Below are positions 1 to 10,349 of a DNA stretch of 43,867 nt, one piece after another. The stretch is from the NCBI GenBank assembly GCA_036785375.1, contig JAWMAR010001196.1, forward strand, positions 124,001-167,867, in the 5' to 3' direction. This stretch comes from Leucoraja ocellata. Taxonomy: Eukaryota. Both the position numbers and the translations under genes were made by a program. The notes beneath the pieces are model-generated. The model was not told the origin of the DNA. It ran no database searches and was given only the letters and a program-made list of their open reading frames with translations. Numbering within the stretch: the first letter of the stretch is position 1; each line of letters begins with the position of its first letter.

Positions 1-483
1 GATGGGCGTTCATATAAAACAGTGAATGCGCATTTCAATCTGTCTGTGGAATTAGAAATGTGTGCTGGAATATGCGTGACAGACGCACGGCAAAATGCAC
101 GTCTCCTCGTGTGGGCGGAGGAAGGTGAGTAGCTACCTATATCTCGGAGCGGCAGGCTCTACAAAGCGCAACGTCTGAGATCCTGCCTCAGGTTTGAATG
201 GATTGGAAACAAGAGAAGGAGGGAAACGGAGATCCAAAGACATGGACCCATATCTGGCCAGCAAGAGCAATAATGTTGAGGTGTGGCCGCGATGTGTGCA
301 GGGGTGCAGCTGTGACTTATCTCCTAAACCCCGATGTTACTGTGCAGTCTGCATCCGGTTTCCATCAATTGTCGCCAAGATTTTCAAGTATCAACGTTAA
401 TATATAGTCATCGTTTTGGCAGAATGTTTTATATAATTAATTGGGTGGCCATGTGATCAGCTCAAGATTGGAGGTTAAAGATA

Positions 484-499
484 TTTATTAGTATTTATT
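484..499 (-). terminator. Two AATAAA polyadenylation signals of the secretory Ig heavy-chain mRNA
   Basis: TTTATT on + at 484-489 and 494-499, starting 28 nt downstream of the tailpiece stop codon (TGA, 527-529). Confidence 0.85.
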
Positions 500-526
500 C
501 CAGAGACATTTGAAACAAATTAATTC

Positions 527-918
527 TCATTGACAGGAATTGACAGTGTCCATCAATACAAGGGAAACATTGACAAAACTGGGTTTACCGCTGGACTTAT
601 TGACCGTTCTGACGATGGTCTTCATGGGGAGTGCTTCGTGCCCCACTAGACAGGAGAAGGAGGCTCCGCTAGCCCACTCCTCTGCCCCAATGGATAACAG
701 GCTGTAGGTGAAGAAGGTATCATTGCTGTTCTCCGCCTCCACCTCGGTGTTCTTGTACTTGCTCTCATCCACCCGCTTGTCATCAAGTGTCCACGTGACA
801 AAGACCCTGCGAGGGGAGAATCCTCTCACAAAGCAGGTGAGGGTGATAGTCTTGTGCGCGGAGATTTCTTCTGTCGGCGGCAGAAGGACTGAGACGGACG
901 GTGGCAGCAGATGTTGAC
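527..918 (-). CDS. IGHM: Ig heavy chain terminal constant exon (Cmu4-like) with secretory tailpiece
   Basis: C1-set domain [46 protein letters not shown], then tailpiece [20 protein letters not shown] (NVS glycosylation sequon, penultimate Cys); AG acceptor at 919-920, phase 1. Resembles elasmobranch IgM CH4 as recalled; IgW not formally excluded. Confidence 0.9.
583..590 (-). promoter_or_regulatory. Internal (cryptic) splice donor for the membrane form, G|GTAAAC at KSS/GK
   Basis: Minus strand AGC G|GTAAAC, GT at 588-587, at the conserved position where mu CH4 splices to TM1; phase 1. Confidence 0.8.
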
Positions 919-1432
919 CTACGGAACAATTCAAATGGCGTTTATTATACAAGACGGTTAAAGCGATTAAAAGCTAAATTATCCGTACGTCAGTAAACTG
1001 CCAACAGACAGTATTAACGGCATTGCATTCCCCTTTAGTGCCTTGTCTCTTTGTTCAGACATAAACACCTGAATGTGCGTCTCTCCTGTGCACGGCAGAG
1101 GATTTGTATAAATCACTTCACACACTCACAACACGAGATCAAGCCATTCGCCCTCTCTGATCCGTGTTATTTCTGATGACCATGGTCGTCTCCTGCACCT
1201 TTTGTCATTTATTACTAATTTATTTCTACCTTGGTTCATCTGTCTCATTTAATTCCCAAGAGCAACTGAATGAGACTTTATTAAACCATGGCAGGAGTAG
1301 TCAGTGGATGCCAGCGGAGAATGTTGAGCATACAAAGTGATGCTTTTTGAAGTGCGTTTTCAAAATTGATGCAAATGATGGAATTCTAAAATGAATTCAG
1401 GGATCGCAGGAAACAATGAGCATGTTATATGA

Positions 1433-1957
1433 GCCCAATTATAGGAAGGATGTCAACAAAATAGAGAGAGTACAGAGGAGATTTACTAGAATGTTGCCTG
1501 GGTTTCAGCAACTAAGTTACAGAGAAAGGTTGAACAAGTTAGGGCTTTATTCTTTGGAGCGCAGAAGGTTAAGGGGGGACTTGATAGAGGTCTTTAAAAT
1601 GATGAGAGGGATAGACAGAGTTGACGTGAATAAGCTTTTCCCATTGAGAGTAGGGACGATTCAAACAAGGGGACATGACTTGAGAATTAAGGGACAACAT
1701 TTTAGGGGTAACATGAGGGGGAACTTCTTTACTCGGAGAATGGTAGCTGTGTGGAATGAGCTTCCAGTGGAAGTGGTGGAGGCAGGTTCGATTTTATCAT
1801 TTAAAAATAAATTGGATAGGTATGTGGATGGGAAAGGAATGGAGGATTATGGTCTGAGTGCAGGTAGATGGGACTAGGGGAGAATAAGTCTTCGGCACGG
1901 ACTTGTAGGGCTGAGATGGCCTGTTTCCGTGCTGTGATTGTTATATGGTTATATGGT
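1433..1957 (+). mobile_element. CR1 LINE 3' fragment (subfamily with GTTATATG tail) in the CH3-CH4 intron
   Basis: ORF2 C-terminus IERVQRRFTRMLPG..LYSLERRRLRGDLIEVFK..RTRGH-like..FF..RVV..WN.LP; 3'UTR and tail ttatatggttatatgg. Confidence 0.92.
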
Positions 1958-2719
1958 GTGTACGCAAAAAGACAGTAAGGGATGGTTTTGTATGATGTGG
2001 GATATTACAGAGATTATGTTGGAGGGAGTTGAGAGGGGAAAGGGAATTTTGAAATGGGCATTTTGACCTGGACACTACAAGCAAAATGGAAAACAAAACA
2101 TTCCTAGGCTCTTTGACTGCGGCCTTCCTCGGCGTTATATCTAATCCCTCCGAATGTCTGTGTAGATGCAGACCATTGGAATCAATATTAAATGATCTAC
2201 ATTAAGGTGACATCTTTCCGATATACGGCATTTGAAGGTTATTTTGTTTTAAATTTCGAGTAATTCATTTCATGTGCCTAGCTCCGAAACGGACATTTCT
2301 GCTACAAGTGAGAGTATCTGCGATTTACTCCCACCATCACCACATGGTAATTTGGTAGGCAAACCCATATTCCTGCAAGTAACAACACTGTGGGCTATTT
2401 AACAAACGCTGCAATGCTCTGAATACCCATATTGTACCATAGACCCGAGACAACGTGTCCGCACGCTGACTCTCGCTGCAAATTATCATCGATGTTTCCA
2501 GTAACCTGTCCGCACCTCATATTCATGCAAAGTGATCTCGTATTCTCTCTTTTCCAGCTCTGACAAAGGACTCAGCGAAGTCTCAGCACGATTTCATTTT
2601 GTATAGATATTGCTTTGCCGATGGAGTGATCTCAATCATTAATTTCAGCTTTATCTCAGACGAAATGTGGACCAGTCACCTCTAGCCCACAGAACCTCTC
2701 TGCAGCTACACCGGCTCAC

Positions 2720-3016
2720 CTTTCTTCCAGTTGATTTGTCCAGTTTTTGGAGTCGGCATATCATAATGGCTCACCACGCATTCGAAATAATCCCCACTCA
2801 GCCAGTCACGAGTTGAAATGTTGACTTTGCTCTCTACGATATCTGCATGTCCTGTGGGCTGGATCTCTGAATCCAAATGTTTCTTTTTGTGGTTCCAAGA
2901 TATTGTGATATCACAAGGTGCATCGGATACCCGGCAGGTTAATGTTACGGTCATCTCCATTAACTCTTGTTCAACAGGTGGAGGAAGGATTGTAATCTTC
3001 AGTTCGCAGGAACTAA
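2720..3016 (-). CDS. IGHM: Ig heavy chain constant exon (Cmu3-like)
   Basis: SSCELKITILPPPVEQELMEMTVTLTCRVS..ISW..VNISTRDWLSGDYFECVVSHYDMPTP; acceptor ccaacag (3017-3018) and donor G|gtgagc (2718-2719); 297 nt, phase 1-1, splices in frame to the 527-918 exon. Confidence 0.9.
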
Positions 3017-3254
3017 CTGTTGGACAACAATTAATGTGAACATAAGCATTTGCAGGAGTAACCAGGATCGAAGGTTTACACCAATCATCTGCCCCCAAAA
3101 CTTGAATGTGTACATGACCCCTTCTGAGTAGTGATTCTATGACCATGGGTCCTAAATCGTCATGAGCTGACTTTTGTCTCTGTGCAGAGAACGACACAAT
3201 AAATGAAATGGGAGATGGCATCATGGGCTATACCGCGATATGCACTCAATGCTG

Positions 3255-4292
3255 GAGTACTGTAACTCACACCACTTCATCCAAGGACCCCGACAGTCCT
3301 TTCAGATGAGGCAGAGGTTCACTTGCACCTCCACCAACCACTGTATCTGCTGTTGTAGATGTGGGTTCCTGTACATCGGTGAATCAAAGCGCAGACTGTG
3401 GCGGTCGTATCGTTGAACACCTTCGCTCTGCCCGCCTTGCCCTAGGCCAGTGATTCCCAACCTGGGGCCAAATGGCATGGCAAATTTCAGGGGGGCCACA
3501 GAAAAATGTTGGCATTTAGGGGGCCACAGGTTCAATGAAGGGGGCCACAGAGCTACCACCCTTTTGCCTCCTAAATTTCAGTTCTAATAAATTTAAATCT
3601 ATGTAGTTGAAATATTTTTGATGTTTGAGGAATAGAATAAAAGAGAATATATGTGCAATTAATAGACACTGATATTTTTATGGAAGGTATTATAATATTG
3701 AAGTACTTTTTTTCCGCTAATAATGTGAGGGGCCACAGAAAAATTAAAAGATCCCAAGGGGGCCATGAGCTAGAAAAGGGTGGGAACCACTGCCCTAGGC
3801 GATCACCAGCTTGCCAAACACATTAAAACCCCCCTCCATTCCCACACTGTTCTTTCTGTCCTGGGCTTACTCCACTGTGAGAGTGGGAAACGCAAATTGG
3901 AGGAACAACACCTCATATTTCGCTTCAGCAACCTAGAACTCAGAGGTATCAATATTGACTTTTCTAATTTCAAGTAACCTTTGCATTCCATCTCTCTCCA
4001 GCCGCCTCCCACCCTCGTCATCCGACTAGTTTCACTCCGGTCCTGTTTCGTTTCACTCTGTATCTACTCGTTATCACCATTTCTAGAGCAACAACGGACC
4101 AATGTGGCCTCGACCTTTCCTTGTTCATGTTTGCTGGCTTTGATTTGTTCTTTTCATACCTTTCATGCATGTGTTTGTACATTCTCATACCTCTAGTTTC
4201 CCTCTCCTCTCATTCCAAGTCGGAAGAAGAGTCTCGACCTGAATCGTCACCTATTTATTTTCTCTGCAGATGCCTAACCTGCTGTTACTCCG
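3255..4292 (+). mobile_element. Degenerate Penelope-like element remnant (GIY-YIG region and 3' part), interrupted by a hAT MITE
   Basis: Degenerate RQRFTCT..C..CG.LYIGE.KRRL and RKLEEQHLIFR..L..GINIDFSNF motifs, as in the clearer copy at 26202-26872. Confidence 0.7.
3448..3792. mobile_element. hAT (Charlie-like) non-autonomous DNA transposon / MITE
   Basis: TIRs CAGTGATTCCCAACC / GGGTGGGAACCACTG; perfect 8-bp TSD CCCTAGGC (3440-3447, 3793-3800); internal GGGGCCAC subterminal repeats. Confidence 0.9.
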
Positions 4293-4296
4293 GAAT

Positions 4297-4912
4297 TATG
4301 TTTGAGTATAGAAGCTGGGATGTAATTTTAAAATTGTACAAGGCATTTGTGAGACCAAATCTGGAGTATGGTGTACAATTTTGGTCGCCCAATTATAGGA
4401 AGGATGTCAACAAAATAGAGAGAGTACACAGGAGATTTACTAGAATGTTGCCTGGGTTTCAACAACTAAGTTACAAAGAAAGGTTGAATAAGTTAGGTCT
4501 TTATTCTCTGGAGCACAGAAAGTTAAGGGGGGACTTGATAGAGGTCTTTAAAATGATGAGAGGGATAGACAGAGTTGATGTGGACAAGCTTTTCCCTTTG
4601 AGAATAGGGAAGATTCAAACAAGAGGACATGACTTCAGAATTAAGGGACAGAAGTTTAGGGGTAACATGAGGGGGAACTTCTTTACTCAGAGAGTGGTAG
4701 TGGTGTGGAATGAGCTTCCAGTGGAAGTGGTGGAGGCAGGTTCATTGGTATCATTTATAAATAAATTGGATAGGCATATGGATGAGAAGGGAATGGAGGG
4801 TTATGGTATGAGTGCAGGCAGGTGGGACTAAGGGAAATAAAGTTGTTCGGCACGGACTTGTAGGGCCGAGATGGCCTGTTTCCGTGCTGTAATTGTTATA
4901 TGGTTATATGGT
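4297..4912 (+). mobile_element. CR1 LINE 3' fragment (GTTATATG subfamily)
   Basis: EYRSWDVILKLYKAFVRPNLEYGVQFWSP... to stop at 4831, then 3'UTR and tail. Confidence 0.92.
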
Positions 4913-5086
4913 TCTACTTGCGGTGTTATGAATATCGCTCTCGCCCCTCGGTGCCAGGAAACAAAACTCACCGTTTTATCGAAACAACAGCAGATGTTGT
5001 TTGATTAAAAAAGAAGCAAAGGGCTGGAATAATTTGGCGGATAAGGCATGTGTCACTTTCTATTGAGACTTTAAGCCTTTGGTAGT

Positions 5087-5294
5087 TGTAAAAGGACTTA
5101 CTGCACACACACAAGTCTTTTACTATAACTATTTATTAGGTAACTGTTAATCACTATGCTGTAGCTGTCCGTGGTCATCACTGGAGCTAGAGAGCGAGCT
5201 AGAGGTGGGGACACTACAATTATACTGGAGACAATGGGGAGTGGTTAGTAATACGGGAGGTCACTATGGTTAAAGGAACATGCACTGATCTACA
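5087..5294 (-). repeat. 3' LTR of the Gypsy element
   Basis: Direct repeat of 9318-9525; contains AATAAA on minus. Confidence 0.95.
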
Positions 5295-5389
5295 TCCTTC
5301 CTCTGGGAAACAAAAGCATGGCAGGTACTATACAGAGTGACCACGGCTCATACGCTACGAACACCAACCGCACCGGCAACAGTACAACA

Positions 5390-8300
5390 CTATGCGAGCT
5401 CCCCGTAGCGGACAGGCGGCCTGACCAGCCGGCCAGAGCGGGTGCGTAAGCCGCCCTCCTCCTCATCGTCGGGAACAGAAGGGACGGCAGCCGGGGGATC
5501 GGCAGGAGAGGCGGGCGGAGGAGAATGCGGGGCTGCGGGTGGAGAAATAGGCTTGGCAGGCGAGGTAGGTTTTGCGGGCGATGCCGGCTTGACAGGCGAG
5601 GCAGGGGAACGGGCGGACAGTTGTGAGGGGAGGGTGCGTGGCATGCGAGGCGTAGACGGGGCCTGAGGGGCCACGGGAGGTCTGGAAGAGATGGGGGGGT
5701 GAGAAGGATCCGCGGGAGGCGGAGCGGGCTCATTCACAAGGAGCAGGTGCTGGCGGGAGCGACGGTAGATAGCCCCCTCGTAGTCGACGAAATAGGAGCG
5801 CGGAGAACCGGCGTCGCCGACTACGACTGCCAGGCGGTAGTGGCCAGTGGGGGATTGCATCCGGACAACCTGCCCCGGGAGCAGACGTGGAAGTAGGCGG
5901 GCAGATTTGTCGAAGGAGCGCTTCTGGGTGTCCTGTTTTTTGGCAATGCGCTCAGTGACAGTGGCAGGATTTTGTACAGAGGGCTTGAGGGACTGCTGGG
6001 AGACCGGCAGGGGAGGTCTGGTGGTGCGAGACATAAGGCGCTGGGCAGGGGAACCGAGCGCAGGGTCGCGGGAAATGTTGCGGAGGTTGAGCAGGGCAAG
6101 GTGGAAATCGGCACGGAACAGGCGGCAGTGTTCCAGCAGCTCCTTGGCACTACGAACGGCCCGCTCAGCAAGTCCGTTGCTCTGAGGATACTCGGGGCTG
6201 CTGGTAATGTGGTGAAAGTTCCAACGGGCAGCAAAGGTTTTAAACTCGTCGCTGGAGAATTGGCTGCCGTTGTCGGACCGGAGGGTCACCGGGGAGCCGA
6301 AGGTGGAGAAGTGGCGGCGAAGTTTCCCGATGACATCGGCAGAGGTGATGGAGGTCAGCTGGTCGACCTCGAACCAGCTGGAATAGGAGTCCACCAGGAC
6401 CAAGAAGTGCTTTCCGCGCCACTCAAAGAGGTCGGTGGCAACGGCCATCCATGGGAGCTCTGGAGCCGGCGGCTGCAGGAGAGGCTGGCGCTGCTGATGG
6501 GGGTGCAGGGTGTTGCAGGCAGCGCAGGCGGAGACCCTGTCACGGATGTCCTGAGCCATGCCAGGCCAGTAGAATTGGCTCTGGGCATGGGAGAGGGTAG
6601 CTTCCACCCCAGGGTGGCCGCTGTGAGCAGTCTGGAAATAGTGATCCCGGAGTGCGGCAGGCACCACGACTTTGTGACCCTTTACCACCACGCCGGCGTG
6701 AAGCACCAGTTCGTCGCGAACAAGGAAATATGGTGCCGCGCCAGCAGGCAGTTCGGAGCGACGGTCAGGCCAACCACGGCGGATAACGTCCGCAAGTTGT
6801 TGCAGGGCAGGATCATCAGCAGTGTGTTGCACCAGGGACTGCATTTGCTGTGAAGGAACAATGTTGACGTTTAGTACCAGAAGGTCCGAGGATTCGTACG
6901 GGTGGCGGACAACGGAAGGCAGCGGAGCACGAGAAAGAGTGTCAGCTACAAACATGTCTTTGCCCTTACGGTAGACGATCTGGAACGTGAAACGCTGGAG
7001 CTGCAGCATCATGCGCTGCAACCGGGAAGAAGCAACATGGATAGGTTTATTAAGGATTGTCACCAACGGCTGGTGGTCAGTCTCGATGGTGAAAGAGTTG
7101 CCGAGGATGTAGTCTTTAAACTTGGAGCAAGCGAAGACCACGGCAAGCAGCTCTTTTTCAATCTGGGCATATCGCTGCTCGGCAGGGGTCATGGTGCGTG
7201 AAGCGTAGGAGACGGGCAGCTGAAGGTTGTCATAAAGCTGCAGGCAAGCGGCACCGAGACCAAACTTCGAGGCATCGCAAGTGAGGATAATAGGTCGGTG
7301 CAGGTCGAAAAATTTCAAAGTCGGGGTAGCGGCAAGCTTTAGCTTCAGAGTCACGAAAGCTGACTGGTGGTGCGGGAGCCAGACCCACGCGGAGTCCTTT
7401 TTGATTAGTTCCCGAAGGGGGGCACTCAGTTCACTGAGGTCGGGTATGAATTTACCCAGGTAATTGACCATGCCCAGGAAACGCTGCAGGCCAGGGACGT
7501 CGGTAGGAGCGGGCATGTCAGTGACTGCTGACGTTTTCTGGGGGTCGGGTTTGAGACCCCCAGCCGTGAAGACATGGCCAACGTAAGTGACTTCTGGAAC
7601 CCGGAATCGGCATTTCTTCGGGTTCAGCTTGAGGTTCGCCCTGTCCAGGACTTTGCGGAGGTTCAGGTCGTGCTCAGCGCCGTCCCTCCCGTACACCAGA
7701 ATGTCATCCACGATGATGGCGCACGGTAAGCCGGCAAACAGTTGCTCCATGGTGCGCTGGAAAACCTCGCTGGCAGAGTTGATTCCAAACGGCATGCGGA
7801 GGAAACGGAACCGGCCGAAGGGAGTGCTGAAAGTGGTGAGGAATGAGGAGCGTTCGTCCAGAGGGATCTGCCAGAAGGAGCTCTTGGCGTCTAGGACTGA
7901 AAAGACAGTGGCAGGGCCGACCTGTGCAGCAACGTCCTCTACCGTCCGCATGGGGTAGTGGGGGCGCTTGATGGCAAGGTTGAGGTCCTTGGGGTTAATG
8001 CAGATCCGAATCTCGCTTTTGTCCTTTTTGGCTGCGACGACCATGGTGGAGACCCACCTGGTGGGAGCGCTCACCTCCTTGAGGATGCCCATGGTCACCA
8101 TATCGCGCAGAGTAGACTCCACGCGGCCCTTCATGGCAAAGGAGACGCGGTGTGCCGGTCGAATCACCGGGTCGACGCTCGGGTCGACAACAATCTTGTA
8201 GTCGCAGGGCAGCTTGCCCAGAACGTCATCAAAACGGTCGGGGTATTCAATAAGTGGGTCCATGGGAGCCTGCACTAGGTGAATGCTGTGGTGGAATGAG

Positions 8301-9004
8301 ACTAGCCCCAAGTCCTGACACGCACGGGCGCCCAGCAGGGTGACGTTGTCAGAGTCCAGAAGGTGGAAAGTGAGGGGCCGAGAGGTCTCTAGAACTGTGC
8401 AGATAAGAGTTGCCTTACCCACGGGAACCAGGACGCCCCCCCCGTAGGCATGGAGGCAGGTGTCGCCAGGGAGTACTTTCTCACCAGATCTGATCTGCTT
8501 GAAAAGGCTTATTGACATAACATTGGCGAAAGCGCCAGTATCGACCTTGGCAGAAAAGGAATGGCCGTTCACAGTAACATGCACAGAGGGATCCGTAATC
8601 AGAGCAGGTGTACCCAAAAGTGAAAAAATAGTTGGATCTTCACGAGAGGGGAGTGCATCAGAGTCTTGGAGCTCCTCCAGCTCGTACTGAGGAAGCAGAG
8701 CGCTATCAGGGAGTGCAATGTTGTTTAGTTCGGCGAGGTTGTTTAGACTCCTTCTTGGAGCAGGGACTGGCTTCCCACGGGAACGGCAGGCGGCAGAAAA
8801 GTGGCCGAGTTTGCCACAGGAAAGACAGGTCTTGCCCTGTGCGGGGCAAATGTTTGAGGGATGAGCCGTAAAAAAGCAGTTAGGGCAGCGTCGCGGGACA
8901 GTGGAGGTGGCGACTTTCATGGGGAGAGCCGCGGGGTTGCGTCGCGTAGTCAGGCGACCGGCTTGACCGGTGAAGTTAATGTCCTGGGGAGCCTGTCTGG
9001 ACAC
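5390..9004 (-). CDS. Gypsy (gag C-terminus)-pol ORF: double zinc knuckle, protease, RT, RNase H, integrase
   Basis: CPNC..H....C and CLSCGKLGHFSAAC knuckles; KVDTGA protease; LDAKSSFWQ, MPFG, IVDD RT; CDAS/EKELLA/TDH RNase H; HSGHPG..CAAC and DDE integrase; C-terminal TRSGRLVRPP. Confidence 0.93.
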   Translation of the reverse strand: MSRQAPQDINFTGQAGRLTTRRNPAALPMKVATSTVPRRCPNCFFTAHPSNICPAQGKTCLSCGKLGHFSAACRSRGKPVPAPRRSLNNLAELNNIALPDSALLPQYELEELQDSDALPSREDPTIFSLLGTPALITDPSVHVTVNGHSFSAKVDTGAFANVMSISLFKQIRSGEKVLPGDTCLHAYGGGVLVPVGKATLICTVLETSRPLTFHLLDSDNVTLLGARACQDLGLVSFHHSIHLVQAPMDPLIEYPDRFDDVLGKLPCDYKIVVDPSVDPVIRPAHRVSFAMKGRVESTLRDMVTMGILKEVSAPTRWVSTMVVAAKKDKSEIRICINPKDLNLAIKRPHYPMRTVEDVAAQVGPATVFSVLDAKSSFWQIPLDERSSFLTTFSTPFGRFRFLRMPFGINSASEVFQRTMEQLFAGLPCAIIVDDILVYGRDGAEHDLNLRKVLDRANLKLNPKKCRFRVPEVTYVGHVFTAGGLKPDPQKTSAVTDMPAPTDVPGLQRFLGMVNYLGKFIPDLSELSAPLRELIKKDSAWVWLPHHQSAFVTLKLKLAATPTLKFFDLHRPIILTCDASKFGLGAACLQLYDNLQLPVSYASRTMTPAEQRYAQIEKELLAVVFACSKFKDYILGNSFTIETDHQPLVTILNKPIHVASSRLQRMMLQLQRFTFQIVYRKGKDMFVADTLSRAPLPSVVRHPYESSDLLVLNVNIVPSQQMQSLVQHTADDPALQQLADVIRRGWPDRRSELPAGAAPYFLVRDELVLHAGVVVKGHKVVVPAALRDHYFQTAHSGHPGVEATLSHAQSQFYWPGMAQDIRDRVSACAACNTLHPHQQRQPLLQPPAPELPWMAVATDLFEWRGKHFLVLVDSYSSWFEVDQLTSITSADVIGKLRRHFSTFGSPVTLRSDNGSQFSSDEFKTFAARWNFHHITSSPEYPQSNGLAERAVRSAKELLEHCRLFRADFHLALLNLRNISRDPALGSPAQRLMSRTTRPPLPVSQQSLKPSVQNPATVTERIAKKQDTQKRSFDKSARLLPRLLPGQVVRMQSPTGHYRLAVVVGDAGSPRSYFVDYEGAIYRRSRQHLLLVNEPAPPPADPSHPPISSRPPVAPQAPSTPRMPRTLPSQLSARSPASPVKPASPAKPTSPAKPISPPAAPHSPPPASPADPPAAVPSVPDDEEEGGLRTRSGRLVRPPVRYGELA

Positions 9005-9228
9005 GGAACCACGTTGCGGTCCTCTCCGGCGGCGAAATGGAACGATGCATACTGATCCATAGCTGCAGGTCCCGCGAGGTTAAGCAATAGGTGAGCCTGT
9101 ACAGCAGGAGTGGCATCAGGATGGGCGATAGCAATGTAATGCTCGTAATCGCGCTGGAACACGGTCCAGCGATGGACAATGTCCGTGTCGAACACCAACT
9201 GGTCTGGTCGACGACAGTGGTGGGACAT
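9005..9228 (-). pseudogene. Gypsy gag N-terminus, internally deleted and out of frame with the downstream ORF
   Basis: MSHH..WTVFQRDYEHYIA..QAHLLLNLAGPAA resembles a Mag-type gag start but lies only ~100 codons before the knuckle, in another frame. Confidence 0.7.
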
Positions 9229-9317
9229 GATAAAAGAAAGGAGGGAAGGACTGGGAGAAAGAAATGATAAAACAAAAACCGATGAACAGGAGACGCAAGT
9301 CTACCGCTAAGACACCA

Positions 9318-9525
9318 TGTAAAAGGACTTACTGCACACACACAAGTCTTTTACTATAACTATTTATTAGGTAACTGTTAATCACTATGCTGTAGCTGTC
9401 CGTGGTCATCACTGGAGCTAGAGAGCGAGCTAGAGGTGGGGACACTACAATTATACTGGAGACAATGGGGAGTGGTTAGTAATACGGGAGGTCACTATGG
9501 TTAAAGGAACATGCACTGATCTACA
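9318..9525 (-). repeat. 5' LTR of the Gypsy element
   Basis: Direct repeat of 5087-5294. Confidence 0.95.
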
Positions 9526-9832
9526 GTAGTTAAGTTGAGAATGGAGTTTTATCAGTGTTCCAGATGTTACATGGCATCTGTGGATGCAGCCACACTTTCA
9601 CATCACTATATCGACATGAATTGTCTGTCTTTGACTTGTTGGATCGTGGAGCTCAGATGAGCGTTCGACAGTCATTATGACATGAAGAATAAAACCGAAC
9701 AGGGCACATTAAGTCAAGTACTTATCTCCAATTGTCAAATCCTGTGAATTATATGGATTGCATCATGGCCTGTTTCGGGAACATCCAGGAGCGGAGAAGG
9801 CTGCAAAATGTTGTAACCACTGGCCAATCCAT

Positions 9833-10109
9833 AACGGGTGAGAGGCGGCGCACATCTGTCCGCACTCCAGGCCAGTAGCAATCGGCAGTTCTCGCTGACC
9901 GCCGCCGCGTAGACGGCGGCCGGTTATCCCAGGCCAACCAGCGAGCCGTGGCGCTAGGGTATCGTTACGTTTAGGCGGGATTCTGACTTAGAGGCGTTCA
10001 GTCATAATCCCGCGGATGGTAGCTTCGCACCATTGGCTCCTCAGCCAAGCACATACACCAAATGTCCGAACCTGCGGTTCCTCTCGTACTGAGCAGGATT
10101 ACTATTGCA
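9833..10109 (-). rRNA. 28S rRNA 3'-region fragment (~275 bp, pseudogenic) including the sarcin-ricin loop
   Basis: Minus strand GCAATAGTAATCCTGCTCAGTACGAGAGGAACCGCAGG...GGATTATGACTGAACGCCTCTAAGTCAGAATCCCGCC, conserved eukaryotic LSU sequence; no other rDNA nearby; left boundary approximate. Confidence 0.93.
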
Positions 10110-10349
10110 CTATTTTGGACTTAGTGCTATTTCTTTTATTGTTTCTTTTTTTTCACTTTTGTGGTAAATTAGTTCGCCGACTCTCACCCAGAGTCCCGCT
10201 GTTTTACCACTGTGTGTTCCTTCCACAGTCTTTTCTGAGACTTTTGCACTACACAACACACCACACAATCTTCTAAGTGTCTCTGAAAATCGTGTTCCCG
10301 AAAATCTCCGGGCACCCCACCTATCTCCCCGTACAGAAAAGACAATTTT

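Larger units (their letters stand above)
5087..9525 (-). mobile_element. Ty3/Gypsy LTR retrotransposon (Mag-like), 4439 bp, young
   Basis: Two 208-bp LTRs (TG..CA) that appear identical; 5-bp TSD GTAGT (5082-5086, 9526-9530); PBS-like TGGTGTC after the 5' LTR; purine tract AGAGGAAGGA before the 3' LTR; PR-RT-RH-IN order. Confidence 0.97.

Noticed and set aside
194-407. Short plus-strand ORFs at the window start
   Set aside because: No recognisable domain or splice structure; probably sequence downstream of the secretory exon
1369-1376. Octamer ATGCAAAT in the CH3-CH4 intron as a B-cell enhancer
   Set aside because: A single 8-mer is expected by chance in 44 kb; no supporting motif cluster
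2706-3224. ORF-track extensions of the Ig ORFs (also 919-952, 42937-43038 and 43167-43218)
   Set aside because: Intronic read-through beyond clear AG/GT splice sites; no signal peptide
5442-8871. Plus-strand ORFs overlapping the Gypsy pol
   Set aside because: Antisense shadows of a GC-rich coding sequence, with no motifs
9833-10109. Functional rRNA gene
   Set aside because: Only ~275 bp of 28S; no 18S, 5.8S or remaining LSU
10108-10112. CACTA as an EnSpm terminus
   Set aside because: Overlaps the 28S match, and no matching opposite TIR or 3-bp TSD was found
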